In this document: positions 38,157 to 46,756 of the stretch, piece by piece
Layout: each line of letters starts with the position of its first letter
How positions within the stretch are numbered: position 1 is the stretch's first letter
Source: Oceanispirochaeta sp.
GTDB taxonomy: Bacteria; Spirochaetota; Spirochaetia; DSM-2461
Assembly: GCA_963663385.2 (NCBI GenBank)
Contig: CAXXXD010000004.1
Location: forward strand, 224,001 to 288,000
DNA length: 64,000 nt
Reading direction: 5' to 3'
The notes under the pieces: generated by a model
Told to the model about the DNA's origin: nothing
The model's input: only the letters and a program-made list of their open reading frames with translations
Database searches by the model: none
Translations under genes and position numbers: made by a program

Positions 38157-39446
38157 CTATGCCTTCAGGGAGTCCAGGAGTTCAAAAAATCCGGGAAATG
38201 TAATATCCACAGCTTCGGCCGTATCGATTCTTGTTTCCCCTTCTGCACCCAGGGCTGCAATGGCCAGAGCCATCACAACGCGATGGTCCCCGTGTCCTTT
38301 TACTTCCGCGCCTCTGAGCCTGGAGGGGCGGATGATCATCCCGTCGGGCAGTTCTTCGATGCGGGCGCCCATTTTTTTCAGTTCTGCTGTCATAACGGCA
38401 ATTCGGTCGGTTTCTTTCATCCTGGCCTGGGGTACATTGATGATTCTGGTTTCGCTTCCGGCAAAACAGGCTGTCGCCGCCAGGGCCGGCAGGGCATCGG
38501 GGGTATCGTTCAGATCCAGTTCGGCTCCCTGCAGGCTGCCACCTGTAAAAATCAGGGTGTCTCCCTCAGTTTCGTAGCGGCATCCCATTTTCTCAAGCAT
38601 GGGGATGACTTCCCTGTCCCCCTGTGAATCATTCATATCCAGACCATCAAAACGGAGGGTGGACCCCGTAATGGCTGCGGCGCAGAAAAAGAAGGTGGCT
38701 GAAGAAAAGTCTGAAGGGATCGCTTTTTCAAATCCCTTATAGCTCTGGTTCCCGGGAATAATGAATTCTTTAAAATTCCTGTTTTCAAGTTTGATGCCCC
38801 GCTCTTCCATCCATCTCAGAGTCATCTCCACATAGGGCTTTTCCATAAGAAGGGGTACTGTTATGCGGCTGGGGGCCCTTCCTTTAAGAAGGGGAAGAGC
38901 CATAAGCAGGGCCGAAAGGTACTGGCTGGTGGGACATTCTATGGATGTGCTGCCCCCTTTAAGAGGGCCCTTTACTGTATAAGGCGCACAGCCTCCGGGT
39001 GAGGATTCGATTTCGGCCCCCAGTTCACTTAAAGCATTCAGCAGGTTGGAGGCTGAGCGTCTGCGGATCTGTTCATCCCCGTCGAACCGCACGGGTCTGT
39101 TCAGTACGGCTGCCAATGCGGTTACCAGGTAAAGGGTTGTTCCCGAATTGCCTGTATCGATCAGAAGGTCGTCCCGGGACTCATCTGTTACTGCAGGAAC
39201 AGGTTTGACGACATCCCATCCCGTTTCACTCTCGTTGATTTCCGCACCAAGAAGGCGGCAGGCCTTGAGACAGGACCGGGTGTCTTCGGAGTAAAGCGGA
39301 TAGAAAATCCGGCTGGGACCATCGGCAAAAGACGCAATCAGAAGGGCCCTTATGGTGTGAGATTTTGAGGCGGGAATCCGTAAAGTCCCCTTAAGCTGTG
39401 TCATTTCTTTTCCCGGGGTAATCCCCTGTCTGCATACCGTACTCAT
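38157..39446 (-). CDS. aroA: 3-phosphoshikimate 1-carboxyvinyltransferase (EPSP synthase)
   Basis: PASKSHTIRAL, GNSGTT, TSQYLSALL, PYVEMT, RMKETDRI, DHRVVM, FPGFF. Confidence 0.97.
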   Translation of the reverse strand: MSTVCRQGITPGKEMTQLKGTLRIPASKSHTIRALLIASFADGPSRIFYPLYSEDTRSCLKACRLLGAEINESETGWDVVKPVPAVTDESRDDLLIDTGNSGTTLYLVTALAAVLNRPVRFDGDEQIRRRSASNLLNALSELGAEIESSPGGCAPYTVKGPLKGGSTSIECPTSQYLSALLMALPLLKGRAPSRITVPLLMEKPYVEMTLRWMEERGIKLENRNFKEFIIPGNQSYKGFEKAIPSDFSSATFFFCAAAITGSTLRFDGLDMNDSQGDREVIPMLEKMGCRYETEGDTLIFTGGSLQGAELDLNDTPDALPALAATACFAGSETRIINVPQARMKETDRIAVMTAELKKMGARIEELPDGMIIRPSRLRGAEVKGHGDHRVVMALAIAALGAEGETRIDTAEAVDITFPGFFELLDSLKA

Positions 39447-39484
39447 GGCAACAGAATAGCAGAGATTACAGGACGCTGTCCATG

Positions 39485-39796
39485 TCAGCCAGAGCAGCCG
39501 TAATGTTTCAGGGATACTTTTCCGGCGGGAGAGAAAACAATCCCCTCCGATTCAAGCAGGGCCTTCTGCAGATCCGCAGACTCTCCCCTCAGGGATATTC
39601 CTCCGGAAGAGTTTATAACCCTGTGCCAGGGCAGACCTTCCTTCCGGCTGTCCCGGTTCAGAACCCAGGAAACCTGCCGGCTCATCCGGGGAAAACCGGC
39701 TTCTCTGGCAATCTGGCCGTAAGAGGCTACCTTCCCCTCCGGTATGCTTCGGATGATCTCAATAACCCGGAGAGTAAATTCAGACCTCTGAGACAT
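39485..39796 (-). CDS. Alkyltransferase-like (ATL) DNA-binding protein, MGMT family
   Basis: IPEGKVASYGQIA and LPWHRVINS (Trp replaces the catalytic Cys of PCHRV). Confidence 0.92.
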   Translation of the reverse strand: MSQRSEFTLRVIEIIRSIPEGKVASYGQIAREAGFPRMSRQVSWVLNRDSRKEGLPWHRVINSSGGISLRGESADLQKALLESEGIVFSPAGKVSLKHYGCSG

Positions 39797-39798
39797 GA

Positions 39799-40266
39799 TC
39801 AGCTCCTTTCCCGGCAGACCGGGCAGCCCAGAACATGAACATGAACCTTGCGTCCCGGTCGCTCGAAAACCCGGGCTACAGCAAAGCTGCCCTCTTTCAG
39901 GGGGGTGCCGCAGGACGGGCAGTTCCTGTCTCTGTGCGGTTCGCGGCTGCCTGCCGGGTGTTCACGGTAGCACCAGGGGCAGCCGTATATATTCATGAGT
40001 CTATCTTCTCCTCTGCTGTAGATTACAGAGTGAACCCTCTCTCCCCGGCGGAGGGGATGACCGCAAAGGGGGCATTCCGTTGTTTTTTCAAATCCCGGAT
40101 CAAGGCTTTCTCTATCCCCTTGTTCATTGTCGGTATAGCGGCTTTTGTTTCGGGCTGTGGTGATTATCAGAAACAAAAGTACTGTCAGAAGCAGGATTAT
40201 TATAACAATTTCGGTAATCAACAGTACACTCCCTGTTCTTTTACTAGGCAAGATGCGCCTATTCAT
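39799..40266 (-). CDS. Hypothetical membrane-anchored protein with four CXXC pairs
   Basis: N-terminal TM helix; CPLC, CPWC, CPSC, CPVC. Confidence 0.75.
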   Translation of the reverse strand: MNRRILPSKRTGSVLLITEIVIIILLLTVLLFLIITTARNKSRYTDNEQGDRESLDPGFEKTTECPLCGHPLRRGERVHSVIYSRGEDRLMNIYGCPWCYREHPAGSREPHRDRNCPSCGTPLKEGSFAVARVFERPGRKVHVHVLGCPVCRERS

Positions 40267-40281
40267 AATACCATCTATTCT

Positions 40282-40962
40282 ATGGCAACATTATATATGG
40301 TGGCAACGCCTATCGGCAATTTGCAGGATATGACTTACAGAGCCGTTGAAGTACTGAAAGAAGTGGACGTTATCGCCTGTGAGGACACAAGGCAGTCAGC
40401 AAAGGTCTTGAATCACTACGGGATCAGGAAACACCTGATCAGCTGTCGGGCCCGGAATGAAAAACAGAGCGCCCCCGGAATCCTCAAGCTTATGGAAGAA
40501 GGGAAAGATATAGCCTATGTTTCAGATGCGGGCACACCGGTTCTCAGTGATCCCGGGAGGCTTCTGGTGAGAACTGTCCGGGACGCAGGTTTTCCGGTTA
40601 TCCCTCTGCCCGGTGTATCCGCTTTCTCTACACTGATCAGTGTGTGTGGATTCCCCGGGAAGACGTACCATTTTGAAGGGTTTCTCCCTCAGAAAGGGGC
40701 AAAGCGGAAAAAAAGGCTGGCTGATCTGCTGGAACGGGAAGAATCTTTCATGGTTTATGAATCTCCCTTCCGTATTCTTAAACTGCTGCAGGAGTTATCA
40801 GAGCTGGACTCTGAAAGAATTTGTCTGCTTGGCCGTGAAATGACAAAAAAATTTGAAGAGTATCCGGAAGGAACTGCCGATATGTTAATTAACCACCTGG
40901 AAACGGAAAATCATGTGAAGGGCGAGTTTGCAATACTTGTTTCCGGAGAGAAAAAAGGTTAA
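40282..40962 (+). CDS. rsmI: 16S rRNA (cytidine1402-2'-O)-methyltransferase
   Basis: LYMVATPIGNLQDMTYRA, IACEDTR, VSDAGTPVLSDPG, FEGFLP, YESPFR, REMTKKFEE. Confidence 0.95.
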   Translation: MATLYMVATPIGNLQDMTYRAVEVLKEVDVIACEDTRQSAKVLNHYGIRKHLISCRARNEKQSAPGILKLMEEGKDIAYVSDAGTPVLSDPGRLLVRTVRDAGFPVIPLPGVSAFSTLISVCGFPGKTYHFEGFLPQKGAKRKKRLADLLEREESFMVYESPFRILKLLQELSELDSERICLLGREMTKKFEEYPEGTADMLINHLETENHVKGEFAILVSGEKKG

Positions 40963-40985
40963 TATTATGGTAGGTATGTCGATAT
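40959..40985 (+). promoter_or_regulatory. Candidate sigma28 (FliA) promoter for flgM
   Basis: TTAA-N15-GTCGATAT, against consensus TAAA-N15-GCCGATAA. Confidence 0.55.
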
Positions 40986-41012
40986 TTATTAATGGAGAGC
41001 AAAGGAGCTGAC

Positions 41013-41297
41013 ATGACAATAGACAGATTAGGTCCGGTTGATCCGTTATCCAGATATAAAAAAACTGAAAAAACGGTTCGGATTGAAAACAAGGAAAAAA
41101 CAGACTCGGTTAATGTTTCACAGGAAGCAAAGAAGAGTGCTGAACTTTTTCAGGCGATGGAAAGTGTAAAAGCGGCTCCCGATGTCCGAGAAGACCGAAT
41201 TGCTGAAGTTAAGGCTAAGCTGCAGGATCCGAACTACATTAACGACACGGTAGTAAATTCAGTGGCTGATAAACTGATGGATCTTTTTGGAATTTAA
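41013..41297 (+). CDS. flgM: Anti-sigma28 factor FlgM
   Basis: DSVNVSQEAK, PDVREDRIAEVKAKL..Y, VADKL; AAGGAG RBS. Confidence 0.88.
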   Translation: MTIDRLGPVDPLSRYKKTEKTVRIENKEKTDSVNVSQEAKKSAELFQAMESVKAAPDVREDRIAEVKAKLQDPNYINDTVVNSVADKLMDLFGI

Positions 41298-41318
41298 TTC
41301 TATTACGGTGTATATTTC

Positions 41319-41351
41319 AGACAGAGTCCTGTAGGGCTCTGTCTTTTTTTT
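41319..41351 (+). terminator. Intrinsic terminator after flgM
   Basis: AGACAGAGTCC..GGGCTCTGTCT followed by a T run. Confidence 0.8.
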
Positions 41352-41364
41352 CGGGAGTTTTTGT

Positions 41365-42492
41365 ATGGCAGAGTTGCATTTTCGAATACCTTCCAAAATC
41401 CTTCAGGGCGTTAACGAGATAAATCGGTCCGGTATTGAGGTCAGCCGCCTGGGAAAGCGGGTTCTGATTATTGCAGATTCCGGTTTGAAAGATCCGCTTT
41501 GGAAGCTGCAGGGACTGTTGGAGTCACACGGGATAAAAACCATCATATTTAACGAAGAGATTAATCACGGGAACACATTTACAATCGACACCTGTGTTAA
41601 ACTGGCTAAGGGAAGTTTTATTGAATCCATCGTAGGATTCGGTGACGGACAGGTTCTTTCTGTAGCCAGAGCCGTTGTTGCAGCTGTTCCCAATAACTGG
41701 CATCCGGACGATCTGTTTGAGTCCGGTCTGATGAATGACCGCTACCTGCCCTATGTGGAAATCCCTACGGCATTCTGGTCTCCCTATCTCCTGCAGGCGT
41801 GCATTCCCCTTACAGAGAGCCGCGGCCTGATGACAAATTATGTAATTGGTGAGAATCATCCTGCCCGGATACTGATACAGGACCCTTCTCTCTCACTGGT
41901 CCTGTCCGAGAAGCAGCGAATCCCCCTCTTTTTCGAATTGATGATGTTCTGCCTGATAGCGGTGCTTCATCCCAGGCGTACGTTTCTTACAGAGGTTCAT
42001 TGCCGGGCCGGTTTTCAGCGGATATGGGAACAGAAAGAGTCCCTTGTCAGGAAATGGGATCTTAATACAGTAGTGAGCTTATCTGAAGCGGGGTCATTGA
42101 TCTCTCTTGCCCAGGATGAAGTCAGTTTTTTCTGGCCGGGATTACTGGTACAGAGTGTTTCCGGTTACTTTCAGGTTTCCCATTCTGTGGTCTCTCTTAT
42201 ACTGCTTCCCTTTATTCTGGATTACCTTTTTGAAACGTCATATAACGAAATGAAGAGTTTCCTCCTCTCTCTTCCGCGGATAGAGGATATTCCTGAAACA
42301 CCGGAAGATCTGCTGGATAGTATCCGGGGGAGTATAGGCTTCTATTCCATGCCCTCCCAGCTGCGTTCCGTTGGTATTGCTATGGATCAGCTGGCCGTTA
42401 CGGCTGAGGCGACAGGTTCTATTATGTCCAGTCTGGAGGTCGGCGGGATTACGGTGGATCAGCTATTTCAGATTTTGAAGAACAGCTGGTAA
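41365..42492 (+). CDS. Iron-containing alcohol dehydrogenase-like protein (degenerate motifs)
   Basis: FRIPSKILQG, GKRVLIIAD, IVGFGDG, EIPT, IQDPSL, MPSQLRSVGI follow the Fe-ADH fold; metal-binding His motifs are not evident. Confidence 0.7.
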   Translation: MAELHFRIPSKILQGVNEINRSGIEVSRLGKRVLIIADSGLKDPLWKLQGLLESHGIKTIIFNEEINHGNTFTIDTCVKLAKGSFIESIVGFGDGQVLSVARAVVAAVPNNWHPDDLFESGLMNDRYLPYVEIPTAFWSPYLLQACIPLTESRGLMTNYVIGENHPARILIQDPSLSLVLSEKQRIPLFFELMMFCLIAVLHPRRTFLTEVHCRAGFQRIWEQKESLVRKWDLNTVVSLSEAGSLISLAQDEVSFFWPGLLVQSVSGYFQVSHSVVSLILLPFILDYLFETSYNEMKSFLLSLPRIEDIPETPEDLLDSIRGSIGFYSMPSQLRSVGIAMDQLAVTAEATGSIMSSLEVGGITVDQLFQILKNSW

Positions 42493-43280
42493 TGATAAGC
42501 GTACGAAAACTCTATACTCTCAGAACCGGAACCCGTCTCAGGAAAATTGTTCGTATTCTGGAGGAATGGGAACGGGAGATTCTTGAAGGTGTCCTGCCCG
42601 ATTCTACTTATCTTCAGGATCTTCTGGGAAACATGAGGAATGACAGTGATCTCAGCGAAAGTGTCAAACTGCGCTCCCGGGAACTTTCTGTCAGGTGGAA
42701 CCCTCTGGATGCGGCTTTTTGCCGGCGGCTTGTCAACTCTCTGCGCCACGCACTGCTGGCTCAGTTGGAGGTAGCCACGGCGGATTGGGATTTTATCCAT
42801 CCCGGTGATCAAACCGGTTTGCAGGAGAGATTCTCCTTTCCCGGGATTGCTGTCTACCTGGATGAGATCCGTTCCCCCTTTAATGTGGGGTCCATCTTCC
42901 GGACGGCAGAGAGTATGGGTGCGGCAGAACTCCTGCTCTCACCCGGTACCGCTGATCCCCTTCATCCGCGTGCCCGGAGAACATCCATGGGGTGTGTCGG
43001 CAGGCTTCCCTGGAAAAGGATGGATTACCAGTCTCTGGAAGATTTGAATTGCGACATCTTTGCCCTGGAACTGGGCGGAGAAAGTGTTAACAGCTTCTCC
43101 TTTCCCCGGAAAGGCATTCTTGTTCTGGGGTCCGAAGAGGTGGGCGTCTCCCCGGAATGTCTTAAACTGGCAGACAATTCCCGTGGAAGAGCCTCCATAC
43201 CTCTGTATGGCTGGAAGGGTTCCCTCAATGTTTCTGTAGCATATGGGATCGTTATGAATTTATGGACCCTGAGCCTTTAA
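42492..43280 (+). CDS. TrmH/SpoU family RNA methyltransferase
   Basis: IRSPFNVGSIFRTA, LVLGSEEVGV, IPLYG..SLNVSVA. Confidence 0.92.
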   Translation: MISVRKLYTLRTGTRLRKIVRILEEWEREILEGVLPDSTYLQDLLGNMRNDSDLSESVKLRSRELSVRWNPLDAAFCRRLVNSLRHALLAQLEVATADWDFIHPGDQTGLQERFSFPGIAVYLDEIRSPFNVGSIFRTAESMGAAELLLSPGTADPLHPRARRTSMGCVGRLPWKRMDYQSLEDLNCDIFALELGGESVNSFSFPRKGILVLGSEEVGVSPECLKLADNSRGRASIPLYGWKGSLNVSVAYGIVMNLWTLSL

Positions 43281-43507
43281 CGTTTGAGAGCCGATTCAAT
43301 AGCTCCCTGATTAAAGCCGACTATAACTTTTCCGTTTACATCGATGACGGGTACACCCATCTGTCCGGATTTTCTTACCATCTCTTCAGCTCTTTTCGGG
43401 TCGGTGGCAACGTTGTATTCGGTAAAGGGAATCCGGTTCTTTCTGAAATAGTCCTTGGCCATATTGCAATATCCGCATGAGGGTGTGGAATACATTGTTA
43501 CAGACAT
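43277..43507 (-). CDS. Glutaredoxin-like protein (YruB/NrdH type)
   Basis: YSTPSCGYC, SGQMGVPVI, VGFN; AAGGAG RBS. Confidence 0.93.
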   Translation of the reverse strand: MSVTMYSTPSCGYCNMAKDYFRKNRIPFTEYNVATDPKRAEEMVRKSGQMGVPVIDVNGKVIVGFNQGAIESALKR

Positions 43508-43584
43508 ATAAAATCTCCTTATATATGAAAAACAATATATAATATAATGAAGATCCTTCCGGGTGTCAACTGTTCCTGTGAAAA

Positions 43585-45063
43585 TTACATCATAAGTTCT
43601 GTTGTAAAGGCTTGAGAAAGTCTGTCACGGATTGTATCAAGCTGATCTTCTGTGGTTATGCGGAAGAACTTCAGAGCATCCCTGTTAATCTGTTCATAAG
43701 TAATCTGTTCCTTTTCAAGATCACATAGCACGTTTGCCAGATAGACGCAGTAAACAACCTTTCTGTACTCGGGCTTTCCGGAATTCGGCTCATGATGATA
43801 GCGGATGGCTTCTACCAGAGATTCTGAAAAATTCCATTTTTCTGCTATTTTTGCCCCGATTTCCGAATGGTTGTACCCGCCGGCCAGGTTTTCAAACAGC
43901 CCTGCGGAAATCTCCTTCTCAGAAGAAAAGGATTTTATTTTTTCCAGCAGCTCAGGATGAATGCTGGAAAAGACAATTTTTCCCATGTCATGAAGGATCC
44001 CTCCCACATAGGCATCGTCTATAAAATCCCTGTTAAGGCGTACATTCCTGGCCAGGTTGAAGGCGTAAAATGCTGTTCTGTGAGCATGATCCCATAGCTC
44101 TTTTTTCTGCGGAAGGTTCAGGATCTTCTCAGACCCATAGGAGTATAGAAGATTTTTCAGTCCCCTCAGTCCCACCATCTTAACGGCATCGGCAATATTA
44201 TCCACCCGGTTAGGCAGCATAAACTGAGCCGAATTCACAACCCTCAGGAGGTCTGCTGTCAGGGAGGGATCAGTACTGATCCTTCTGGCAATCTCATTAA
44301 TATCGGAATCCGGATCGTTGATAAGCTGCTGAATTACCGTAATATTTTCCGGAAACTGGGGAAGAGCGTCTATTTCGCTGACAATACGGGTTGTGAGCAT
44401 ATCCAGTTCTTCCAGTTTTATCTCGGAGATCGGTATTGTCAGGGATGCTGTTGTCTCCCCGTTATCGCCCTCAATCTCAAAGGCTTCTTCATCCAGGCCC
44501 ATCTTTTTCAGCATAAGGATCAGAATGACAATCCCCAGCCCGGCGCCTTCCGAGTCATCCAGCACTTCGGAAAAGGCTTCCTCCATGCTGTCGAATGCAC
44601 GGGAACGGGCAATGCGGTCGTAGATTCTCATCTGTTCCTTACGGTTTATCTCAACGTTATTGCGAATGGAAATCCTAAAGTTTGAACTGAACGTATGAAA
44701 GGATATTTTTATATACAAACCCTTCTGTTTCTGCAGTTCCAGGTAGTGGTCGATCCGGTCCATGGTTTCGGATTTAAAATGTTTCATCCCCTCCGCATAA
44801 TCGTCCTTGTGATTCAGGCTAAGGCCTTTCTCTTCAAAATAAACACGTTTAGTATTGGCTTTTTTCGCATTAACAGCCAGTTCTTTCAGGCAGTAAGCCA
44901 GACGGTCTACCAGAGCGTCCTGACCCAGTTCTTTCAAATATATACCCAGGATTTCTTCGACATAAACCTCTGTTTCGTGATTCAGTTTATAGGTCGTTAT
45001 AGTTACAGGTACCGATTTTTGTATGGCTACCTTTATTTTTTCAGAAATATTGGTTGGAGGCAT
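43585..45063 (-). CDS. HDOD domain protein with HATPase_c-like N-terminal domain
   Basis: KELAVNA and GAGLG boxes; HDOD motifs LPQFP, DPSLTADLLRVVNSA, GILHDMGK, HSEIGAKIAEKWNF, IRYHH. Start at ATG 45063 (AAGGA RBS). Confidence 0.88.
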   Translation of the reverse strand: MPPTNISEKIKVAIQKSVPVTITTYKLNHETEVYVEEILGIYLKELGQDALVDRLAYCLKELAVNAKKANTKRVYFEEKGLSLNHKDDYAEGMKHFKSETMDRIDHYLELQKQKGLYIKISFHTFSSNFRISIRNNVEINRKEQMRIYDRIARSRAFDSMEEAFSEVLDDSEGAGLGIVILILMLKKMGLDEEAFEIEGDNGETTASLTIPISEIKLEELDMLTTRIVSEIDALPQFPENITVIQQLINDPDSDINEIARRISTDPSLTADLLRVVNSAQFMLPNRVDNIADAVKMVGLRGLKNLLYSYGSEKILNLPQKKELWDHAHRTAFYAFNLARNVRLNRDFIDDAYVGGILHDMGKIVFSSIHPELLEKIKSFSSEKEISAGLFENLAGGYNHSEIGAKIAEKWNFSESLVEAIRYHHEPNSGKPEYRKVVYCVYLANVLCDLEKEQITYEQINRDALKFFRITTEDQLDTIRDRLSQAFTTELMM

Positions 45064-45192
45064 GAAGTATCCTTTGGGTTCAAACTTTTTCAATTGGTTA
45101 CTTATAAAAATATATCTCTGATGCCTTTATTGTCAAGCAATCCTTAGGTTTCAACACTCGATTCTTTGGAATAATTAATATACATTTAAGAA

Positions 45193-45954
45193 ATGAATAT
45201 TAAGGAATTTGATGAATGGTGCCGTTCATTTCTGGCAATTGATATGATGAGCGGAAGAGACAGTTCTCTGAACGGACTGCAGATTGGGGATTTCGGCAGA
45301 ACTGTGAAGAAAGTCGCTTTTGCCGTAGATGCCTGTCTTGAGACATTTTCCAGGGCTGTCGATGAGAAGGCGGATCTGCTCTTTGTTCACCATGGCCTTT
45401 TCTGGGGACGTCCCATGGCGGTTACCGGTCCCATGTACAAAAGATTTGAAACCCTTATCAACAACAGGATTGCCCTGTATGCGGTCCATCTGCCGCTTGA
45501 TATGCATGCCGAATTTGGAAACAATGCCATTCTGGCGGATATCCTGGGCCTTGCTGACAGAAAAGAGTTTGGAGAGTACAAAGGTACATTTATTGGTGTG
45601 GAAGGCGTTTTTGAAACTCCCCGGAGCCGTGATGAGGTTGTTCAGAAGCTGTTTGGCGGCTGGGAGGATTCAATCAGGACTCTGCCCTTCGGGCCCGAAA
45701 AGATCAGCAGTGTCGGGATTATTTCGGGCGGTGCTCCCCGTGAAGTGTCAGAGGCTATCGATAAGGGGCTGGATCTGTATATAACCGGAGATGCCTCCCA
45801 CGAAATCTATCATCAGTGTATGGAATCCGGTATCAATGTTATTTTCGGAGGGCATTATCTGACGGAAACCACAGGGGTCCAGGCGGTGCAGAAGAAAGTC
45901 CGGACCGAGCTGGAGCTGGATACTGTTTTTATTGATGTTCCAACAGGACTCTGA
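45193..45954 (+). CDS. Nif3-like dinuclear metal center protein (YbgI family)
   Basis: NGLQIG, AVDA, LFVHHGLFW, HLPLD.H.EFGNN, YITGD, GGHYLTE. Confidence 0.95.
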   Translation: MNIKEFDEWCRSFLAIDMMSGRDSSLNGLQIGDFGRTVKKVAFAVDACLETFSRAVDEKADLLFVHHGLFWGRPMAVTGPMYKRFETLINNRIALYAVHLPLDMHAEFGNNAILADILGLADRKEFGEYKGTFIGVEGVFETPRSRDEVVQKLFGGWEDSIRTLPFGPEKISSVGIISGGAPREVSEAIDKGLDLYITGDASHEIYHQCMESGINVIFGGHYLTETTGVQAVQKKVRTELELDTVFIDVPTGL

Positions 45955-45967
45955 TATTGTGTTGAAT

Positions 45968-46483
45968 ATGTCCGAATTACGTTTAAAGAAAAAAATGCAG
46001 CCTCTGATCCTGTCCGTACTTATTATTGTACTGGATCAATTGACAAAACTGCTGATTGTAAAGATGATCCCCTATCGAACAGTGGGGTTTTCCCTGTGGA
46101 ATGATTTTTTCAGGCTTGTTTATGTAAAGAATACGGGGGTCGCCTTCAGTCTGGGAGATCAGCTTCCCGATCTGCTGCGGATCATCCTTTTTATAGCCAT
46201 TCCCCTTGGTATCCTTGTTTATCTTGCTTTCTATCTGGTCAGATCCGGGGAAGAATCGGGTTTTCAGAAATACTGCCTGGCCGGTATTGTCGGAGGAGGG
46301 CTGGGGAACCTGATAGACAGGACCTTCAGACCTGACGGGGTAGTGGATTTTCTGGATTTCCGTTTTTACGGACTGTTCGGAATGGAACGTTTTCCCACAT
46401 TCAATATGGCGGACTCTTCTATCGTTGTCTGCGGTATTCTGCTGTTCATCTCATTCTGGATAAAGGAGAAAAATAAAAAATGA
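45968..46483 (+). CDS. lspA: Lipoprotein signal peptidase II
   Basis: LDQLTK, NTGVAFS, GGGLGNLIDR, VVDF, PTFNMADS. Exact start uncertain. Confidence 0.95.
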   Translation: MSELRLKKKMQPLILSVLIIVLDQLTKLLIVKMIPYRTVGFSLWNDFFRLVYVKNTGVAFSLGDQLPDLLRIILFIAIPLGILVYLAFYLVRSGEESGFQKYCLAGIVGGGLGNLIDRTFRPDGVVDFLDFRFYGLFGMERFPTFNMADSSIVVCGILLFISFWIKEKNKK

Positions 46484-46752
46484 ATAAAAAAGTGAATACA
46501 ATACTGTTTATGCTGGCCGGTACGGTTCTTAATATAGTTACCATGCTGGGCCTTTTTCTGATACTGCTCTTTGCAGCGAATCTGGTTCTGACACCCGAGA
46601 CAGATTCAACCATCAAGATGGTTGTTTTTCTGCTTGTCATAACCCTTTCCGTTCTGGGGTCATTCTTCCTTTATTCCCGGCTGGTAAAATGGATAAATGA
46701 AAAGTGGGACCTTGACCGGTATATGCATCCCCTTTTCGGGAAAAAGCGCTGA
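46480..46752 (+). CDS. Small two-TM hypothetical membrane protein
   Basis: ATGA overlap with lspA; two hydrophobic helices. Confidence 0.8.
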   Translation: MNKKVNTILFMLAGTVLNIVTMLGLFLILLFAANLVLTPETDSTIKMVVFLLVITLSVLGSFFLYSRLVKWINEKWDLDRYMHPLFGKKR

Positions 46753-46756
46753 CCTG

